Source: Novosphingobium sp. (lineage in GTDB: Bacteria; Pseudomonadota; Alphaproteobacteria; Sphingomonadales; Sphingomonadaceae). Taken from it: DNA of 64,000 nucleotides. A program made the position numbers and the translations under genes. Below the pieces are notes generated by a model, which had not been told where the DNA came from, searched no databases, and saw nothing but the letters and a program-made list of their open reading frames with translations. Numbering within the stretch: position 1 is the stretch's first letter; each line of letters begins with the position of its first letter. This document shows, piece after piece, positions 57,181 through 64,000 of the stretch. Location of the stretch: the NCBI GenBank assembly GCA_039917735.1, contig JBDSIY010000102.1:3888-67887 (forward strand), given 5' to 3'.

Positions 57181-57209
57181 TTGACGGGCATTAGACGCTC
57201 GACTATGCG
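57181..57209 (+). promoter_or_regulatory. Sigma70-type promoter of pckA
   Basis: TTGACG-N17-TATGCG. Confidence 0.5.
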
Positions 57210-57284
57210 CCCGCCAAGGCAGGCGACAATGCGACCGCACTGATTTTGCGAACAAGCAGCACTGCCCGGCGCCGCCAAATGGAG

Positions 57285-58892
<1,608 letters not shown>

Positions 58893-58934
58893 TTGCTGCA
58901 ATCGCGCGGCGTCTCTAGCCAAGGAGCATCACCC

Positions 58935-59294
58935 ATGGGCCTTTTCGACGGAATCCTCAGCAGCGTCAGCGAGCACGCCGACGTCGGCAATCTCGCCACC
59001 CGTCTGGGTATCCCGCCCGAACTGGCGGAGAAGGCGATCGCCGCGCTCGGTGCGGCGCATCAGCAGCCGGGCGACACTGTGCAGGAGGCTTCAACGCAGA
59101 CCGGGATCGACCCCGGGATCCTCGGCCAGATCGTCCAGCAGATTGGCGGTGAGGGCTCATTGGGCGAATTTGCACGGATGATCGCCAGCAATCCGCAGGC
59201 TGCGGCATTGCTGGGCGGCCTCGACAAGGACGGCGACGGCAGCGCTGTCGATGATCTTGCGGGCATCGCCAAGGGCTTCTTCGGCAAGAGCTGA
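58935..59294 (+). CDS. Conserved hypothetical protein (MGLFDGIL..., C-terminal EF-hand-like DKDGDG)
   Basis: GGAG RBS; LDKDGDGSAVDDL.G.AKG.FG tail as in DUF937-like proteins. Confidence 0.7.
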   Translation: MGLFDGILSSVSEHADVGNLATRLGIPPELAEKAIAALGAAHQQPGDTVQEASTQTGIDPGILGQIVQQIGGEGSLGEFARMIASNPQAAALLGGLDKDGDGSAVDDLAGIAKGFFGKS

Positions 59295-59316
59295 CGGGGC
59301 GGGGTGGCCCGCTTCC

Positions 59317-59514
59317 ATGTCGACGGTGCTCTCGCTGCTGGTGCTGACCGCGATTGCGCTGCTGGGCGGCGCCATCTTGCTCTGGCGACGCGGAGGGTCG
59401 CGGCGGCAGGTCGGGCTGATGCTGGCGCTTTGCGCCATCATCGCCGCCAACGTTGTGATCTGGGTGCTGCCTACCGCCGGGAACGAAGCGCCCATCGCCC
59501 GCACGCCGGAATGA
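59317..59514 (+). CDS. Small two-TM membrane protein
   Basis: MSTVLSLLVLTAIALLGGAILLWRRGG.R.QV.LML....I..ANV.IW.LP. Confidence 0.7.
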   Translation: MSTVLSLLVLTAIALLGGAILLWRRGGSRRQVGLMLALCAIIAANVVIWVLPTAGNEAPIARTPE

Positions 59515-59532
59515 CCCGGCGCCGGCCACTCC

Positions 59533-60189
59533 TCACTTTATCAGGCAGTCCGGCGACAGGCGCATGTCGAGATAATTGTCGATCGAGCGCATCAGCTGAT
59601 CGAGCTCGTTCTCGTAGAAATGATTGGCGCGCGGAATTTCGTCGTGATGGATGGTGATGTGCTTCTGCGTGCGCAGCTTGTCGACCAGCTTTTGCACCGA
59701 ATTTGGCGTCACCACCGAGTCGCCCACTCCCTGGACGATGATCCCCGACGCCGGGCACGGGGCCAGGAAGGTGAAATCATACATGTTGGCGGGCGGCGAA
59801 ACCGAGATGAACCCGCGGATCTCCGGACGCCGCATCAGCAGCTGCATGCCGATCAGCGCGCCGAAGCTATAGCCGGCGATCCAGGTGGACGTCGCCTCGG
59901 GATGGATCGACTGCACCCAGTCGAGCGCCGAAGCGGCATCCGACAGCTCGCCGATGCCATTGTCGAAGCTCCCCTGGCTGCGACCGACTCCGCGAAAGTT
60001 GAAGCGCAGCGTCGCGAAGCCGCGCGCCGCGAAGTTCTTGTACAACGCCTGGGTGATCCGATCGTTCATCGTCCCGCCCGCCTGCGGGTGCGGGTGGAGG
60101 ATCATCGCCACCGGCGCCCGCGGGCGAGGGCCCGGCTGGAAGCGCCCTTCGAGGCGGCCGTCGGGACCGGGGAAGATTACTGAGGGCAT
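59533..60189 (-). CDS. Conserved alpha/beta hydrolase adjacent to iscS
   Basis: HPHPQAGGTMND, LRFNFRGVGRSQG, GYSFG, ANHFY. Confidence 0.92.
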   Translation of the reverse strand: MPSVIFPGPDGRLEGRFQPGPRPRAPVAMILHPHPQAGGTMNDRITQALYKNFAARGFATLRFNFRGVGRSQGSFDNGIGELSDAASALDWVQSIHPEATSTWIAGYSFGALIGMQLLMRRPEIRGFISVSPPANMYDFTFLAPCPASGIIVQGVGDSVVTPNSVQKLVDKLRTQKHITIHHDEIPRANHFYENELDQLMRSIDNYLDMRLSPDCLIK

Positions 60190-60306
60190 CGGGGCATACC
60201 TGGCGTGCTGCGGCGGCGGAACCGCACGCGGCGCCGCAACGGGAGTGTGAAACGAAGAAGAGCGCTATATAGAATCCTGTGGATCGAAAACAACATATCG
60301 GCCGAA

Positions 60307-61347
60307 ATGGATAATCCTCTCTATCTCGATCACGCGGCATCGGCGCCGCTCCACCCGGCGGCCCTGGATGCGCTGGTCGAGGGCCATGCGATCTGGGCCA
60401 ATCCATCGAGTCCGCATGCGCCGGGTCGAGCGGTCCGCGCCGCCCTGGAGGATGCACGCGAGCGGGTCAAAGCCGCGCTGGGTTGGGATGGCGAGCTGAT
60501 CTTCACCTCGGGCGCGACCGAGGCGCTGGCCATAGCGCTCGGCCGCTGCCGGTTGCCGCTCGTCGCGGTGTCGGCGGTCGAGCATGAGGCGGTGCTGCGG
60601 CTGGCGGGCGAGGCGGCGGTGCTTCCAGTCGATCGGGCCGGCCGCATCGATTCAGAGGCGGCCGCGCTCGCCGGATTAGTCACAATCCAGCAGGTCAACA
60701 GCGAGACCGGGGTGATCCAGCCCTTGGGCGAGATCGTCACGGCGGTGCGCGCTGCCGGCGGACTGCTGCTCGCCGATTGCGCGCAAGGCGCGGGCAAGCT
60801 CGATCTGCCGCCGGCGGACCTCATCGCTATCGCCGCGCACAAGTTTGGCGGCCCGATCGGCATCGGCGCATTGCTGCTGCGCGACTGGTCGCTGCTTTCG
60901 CCGTCTGGGGGCCAGGAGCACGGCTATCGTCCGGGCACCGAGGCGATGCCGCTCGCCCGCGCGATGGCGGCGGCGTTGGAGGCGGGGCACGGGTGGCTGG
61001 ACGAAGCCGCGCGGCTGCGGGCGCAGCTCGAGCACGGCATCGTCGCGGCGGGCGGATCGGTGATCGCCGCCGAGGCGGACCGGATCGCCACGATCGGTGC
61101 CTATGTGATGCCCGGCATGTCGTCGGCCGCGCAGCTGATCCGCTTCGATGGCATGGGCATCGCCGTGTCGGCGGGCAGCGCCTGCTCGTCGGGATCGATG
61201 AAGCCGAGCCATGTCGTCGCGGCAATGGGAATCGACGGCGGCGGCGAGATGATTCGTGTCAGCATCGGTCGTGACACCACGCAAGACCACATCGAGCGCT
61301 TTCTTGGCGCCTGGCGAGAAGTCGCCGGCAGCCGCCGCGCGGCGTGA
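60307..61347 (+). CDS. Cysteine desulfurase family protein
   Basis: YLDHAAS, NPSSPH, FTSGATEA, NSETGVIQP, AAHKFGGP, SAGSACSSG. Confidence 0.92.
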   Translation: MDNPLYLDHAASAPLHPAALDALVEGHAIWANPSSPHAPGRAVRAALEDARERVKAALGWDGELIFTSGATEALAIALGRCRLPLVAVSAVEHEAVLRLAGEAAVLPVDRAGRIDSEAAALAGLVTIQQVNSETGVIQPLGEIVTAVRAAGGLLLADCAQGAGKLDLPPADLIAIAAHKFGGPIGIGALLLRDWSLLSPSGGQEHGYRPGTEAMPLARAMAAALEAGHGWLDEAARLRAQLEHGIVAAGGSVIAAEADRIATIGAYVMPGMSSAAQLIRFDGMGIAVSAGSACSSGSMKPSHVVAAMGIDGGGEMIRVSIGRDTTQDHIERFLGAWREVAGSRRAA

Positions 61348-62432
61348 TCTATCTCGATTATCAGGCGACAACGCCGCTCGCTCCGGAAGCACTGGCGGCG
61401 ATGCTGCCATGGCTCTCAGGTCCCGAAGCGCCCGGATTCGCGAATCCGCACAGCCCGCACCGCTACGGTCGCGCCGCCGCCGCTGCAGTCGAAATCGCGC
61501 GCGACCAGGTGGCCGCGCTGCTGCCGCCGGGCGGGCGGATCGTCTTCACGGGAAGTGCGACCGAGGCAATCAACCTCGCGATACTTGGCAGAAGGTCGCG
61601 GCAAGTAGCTGTCACGCCAATCGAACATGCGGCGGTGCTCGATACAGCACAGGCCAGCGGAGCAACGCTCCACAGGCTGCCAATGCGCCCGGACGGGATC
61701 GTTCCTGCAGACGTGGCGATCCCAGAAGGCACCGATCTCGTCGCGGTAATGCAGGTCAACAACGAGATCGGCACAATCCAGCCAGTCGATGCGCTGGCCG
61801 ACGCCGCGCATCGCGCCGGCGCGCTGTTCCTGTGCGATGCGGTGCAGGGCGCGGGCAAACTGCCGCCGCACGCCGATGCCGACATGATCGCGCTTTCGGC
61901 CCATAAGCTGTACGGGCCGAAGGGTATCGGCGCCTTGTGGGTGCGCGACGGAGTCGAGCTCGCGCCCCTGATTCACGGCGGCGGGCAGGAGCACGGACTG
62001 CGCTCTGGCACCCTGAGTCCGGCACTATGCGCGGGGTTTGGCGCTGCGGCGGCGCTCGCGGCGGCGCGCATCGACGAGGACGCCGCGCACGTCGCCGTGC
62101 TGTGGACCCGTGCACGCGCGCTGCTGCCCGAGTGGACGCTCAATGGCTCAGCGGAAAAGCGCTGGCACGGCAATCTCAACGTTCGCCGCGAGGGGCTGGA
62201 CGCTGCCCGGCTGATCTCGGACCTGCGCGACATCGCCTTTTCCGCGGGCTCGGCCTGCGCGAGCGGTTCCGGCCGGCCGAGTCACGTGCTGCGCGCCATC
62301 GGCCTCACGGACGCCCAGGCGAAATCCTCTATCCGTATCGGATTTGGACGATATACTATGTTACGGGACTTGGAGGATGCCTGCGTGGGGATTGCGGCTG
62401 CTGCGGCCGCGCAGGGAGTATGCAGTGGTTAA
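61344..62432 (+). CDS. iscS: Cysteine desulfurase IscS-like
   Basis: YLDYQATTP, NNEIGTIQP, SAHKLYGPKGIGAL, RSGT, SAGSACASG. Confidence 0.9.
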   Translation: MIYLDYQATTPLAPEALAAMLPWLSGPEAPGFANPHSPHRYGRAAAAAVEIARDQVAALLPPGGRIVFTGSATEAINLAILGRRSRQVAVTPIEHAAVLDTAQASGATLHRLPMRPDGIVPADVAIPEGTDLVAVMQVNNEIGTIQPVDALADAAHRAGALFLCDAVQGAGKLPPHADADMIALSAHKLYGPKGIGALWVRDGVELAPLIHGGGQEHGLRSGTLSPALCAGFGAAAALAAARIDEDAAHVAVLWTRARALLPEWTLNGSAEKRWHGNLNVRREGLDAARLISDLRDIAFSAGSACASGSGRPSHVLRAIGLTDAQAKSSIRIGFGRYTMLRDLEDACVGIAAAAAAQGVCSG

Positions 62433-62757
62433 CGTCACCTTCGTCACCACCGATGGGGACCGGATCGACCGCCAGGCCGAGCCCGGCACGCCGCTGCTCG
62501 ATCTCGCCCAGTCCGCCGGGCTCCCGCTCGAAGGCACCTGCGAGGGTCAGATGGCGTGCTCGACATGCCATGTCATCATCGCCCGCGACTGGTTCATCAA
62601 GCTGCCAATGGCTTCCGCCGACGAGGAGGACATGCTCGATCTGGCAGCCGGCGTAACCGCGACCAGCCGGCTGGCCTGCCAAGTCAGGCTCGAGGCGCCA
62701 CTCGACGGGATCGAGGTACGGATACCGGCGGTATCGCATGATATGCAGCTGGGGTAA
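62425..62757 (+). CDS. fdx: [2Fe-2S] ferredoxin (adrenodoxin/Fdx type)
   Basis: EGTCEGQMACSTCHV, EEDMLDLA, SRLACQ. Confidence 0.93.
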   Translation: MVNVTFVTTDGDRIDRQAEPGTPLLDLAQSAGLPLEGTCEGQMACSTCHVIIARDWFIKLPMASADEEDMLDLAAGVTATSRLACQVRLEAPLDGIEVRIPAVSHDMQLG

Positions 62758-62786
62758 GGGCTCGGCAGGTTCCGCGCTTCCGGTGG

Positions 62787-63311
62787 TCAATCATGCAACG
62801 CGGCGATTAAGGCCTTCGAAAACGCCGGAATATCGTCGGGCTTGCGGCTGGTGATGAGATTGCCGTCGATCGCCACCTCCTGATCGACGACGTCGGCGCC
62901 GGCATTCTCGAGATCGGTGCGGATCGAAGGCCAGCCGGTGACGGTGCGACCGTCGATGACATCGGCTTCGACCAGCAGCCACGGTCCGTGGCAGATCGCG
63001 GCGACCGGCTTGCCCTCGTGGTAGAAGCGCTTCACCAGATCGATGGCCGCGCTCTCGAGCCGCAGCGCGTCCGGGTTCATCTGGCCACCCGGCAACATCA
63101 GCGCATCAAAATCATCGGCGGAGACGTCGTCGAGCGCCGCATCGACCGCTACTGTCTCTCCCCATTCGGTGTGGTTCCAGCCCTTGATCTCCCCGGACTT
63201 CGGGCTCGCCACGACGGTCTCGATCCCCGCCGCCTCAAGCAGCTTGCGCGGTTCGATCAGCTCGGACTGCTCGAAGCCGTCGGTAGCGAGGATGAGGACA
63301 CGCTTTGGCAT
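62787..63311 (-). CDS. PfpI/DJ-1 family type 1 glutamine amidotransferase-domain protein
   Basis: LATDGFEQSEL, LPGGQMNPD, AICHGPW, ITSRKPDDIPAF. Confidence 0.94.
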   Translation of the reverse strand: MPKRVLILATDGFEQSELIEPRKLLEAAGIETVVASPKSGEIKGWNHTEWGETVAVDAALDDVSADDFDALMLPGGQMNPDALRLESAAIDLVKRFYHEGKPVAAICHGPWLLVEADVIDGRTVTGWPSIRTDLENAGADVVDQEVAIDGNLITSRKPDDIPAFSKALIAALHD

Positions 63312-63411
63312 GGGATTCTCCGGTGGCGGGCTGCTTCAAGGAAAATGTCCGGCGGAAAAAGACGTTCCGGCGGTTCCGATCGGCCGGCCGCACCGCTAGG
63401 GCCACCGGGCC

Positions 63412-64000
63412 ATGGTGGTGACCCCTGCGGACGAGCGCGACCCCTTCGAGACGATTGTCGACTCTCCGCTCGATGCGGCGCTGTCGGAGCGCTACCTCGT
63501 CTATGCGCTGTCGACGATCACCGCGCGCTCGCTGCCGGACCTGCGCGACGGGCTGAAGCCCGTGCATCGCCGGCTGCTCTGGGCGATGCGCCAGCTGAAA
63601 CTGGACCCCGGCAGCGCCTTCAAGAAATCGGCGCGCGTCGTCGGCGACGTGATCGGCAAGTATCACCCGCACGGCGACGCCTCCGTCTATGACGCGATGG
63701 TGCGGTTGGCGCAGCCCTTCTCGCTGCGCTATCCGCTGGTCGAGGGGCAGGGGAACTTCGGCAATATCGACGGCGATAACGCCGCCGCCTACCGCTACAC
63801 CGAAGCGCGGCTGACCAAGACCGCGATCCAGCTGATGGCCGGGCTCGACGAAGGCACCGCCGAGTTCCACCCGACCTACAACGGTGAGGATGAGGAGCCG
63901 GAGATCTTTCCCGGCCTGTTCCCGAACCTGCTCGCCAACGGCGCGACCGGAATCGCTGTCGGGATGGCGACCTCGATCCCGAGCCACAATGTCGCCGAGG
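63412..64000 (+). CDS. parC: DNA topoisomerase IV subunit A, 5' part; runs off the window end
   Basis: Not in the ORF track. [60 protein letters not shown]. Confidence 0.95.
   Translation, partial: MVVTPADERDPFETIVDSPLDAALSERYLVYALSTITARSLPDLRDGLKPVHRRLLWAMRQLKLDPGSAFKKSARVVGDVIGKYHPHGDASVYDAMVRLAQPFSLRYPLVEGQGNFGNIDGDNAAAYRYTEARLTKTAIQLMAGLDEGTAEFHPTYNGEDEEPEIFPGLFPNLLANGATGIAVGMATSIPSHNVAE

Noticed and set aside
60307-62757. Two tandem cysteine desulfurases as a novel duplication
   Set aside because: Hydrolase / desulfurase-desulfurase-ferredoxin is a common alphaproteobacterial arrangement.
63364-63376. GTTC..GTTC upstream of parC as a LexA box
   Set aside because: The spacer is 5 nt, not 7.

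Overview
GC-rich alphaproteobacterial chromosome segment. Gene content and order point to Sphingomonadales (inference). Two housekeeping blocks flank a ~35 kb accessory region. The left block holds the ptsP 5' end, two DUF465 genes, tRNA-Gly(CCC), the tol-pal operon, ybgC, HIT and hisEFA. The right block holds cobS, truA-fmt, recR, def, rmuC, the HPr/EIIA/rapZ/hprK/chvG/chvI-pckA cluster, two cysteine desulfurases with a ferredoxin, pfpI and the parC 5' end. The accessory region (~9.1-44.4 kb) has no integrase, transposase or CRISPR that I could see. It contains five modules. (a) A stand-alone Mop plus a DNA-binding-domain-only ModE, with a ModE-box-like palindrome directly in front of a TonB-dependent receptor. 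(b) An SDR/luciferase-like/esterase/IclR module. (c) A ~16 kb locus encoding a C-glycoside-deglycosidase-like alpha/beta pair, a Gfo/Idh/MocA oxidoreductase, a GH3, a Tat-type DUF1080 protein, three MFS transporters, a TonB-dependent receptor and a luciferase-like enzyme; one 16-bp palindrome (TAGAA-N6-TTCTA) recurs in four of its promoter regions and is probably the operator of the local TetR. (d) A nine-gene VOC/GST/SRPBCC/DUF1428 operon divergent from an HxlR regulator. (e) A PEP-CTERM surface protein. Two decayed genes, an internally deleted hyi-like gene and a frameshifted esterase, lie in or next to module (c). All family assignments come from motif recognition by eye, not database searches.
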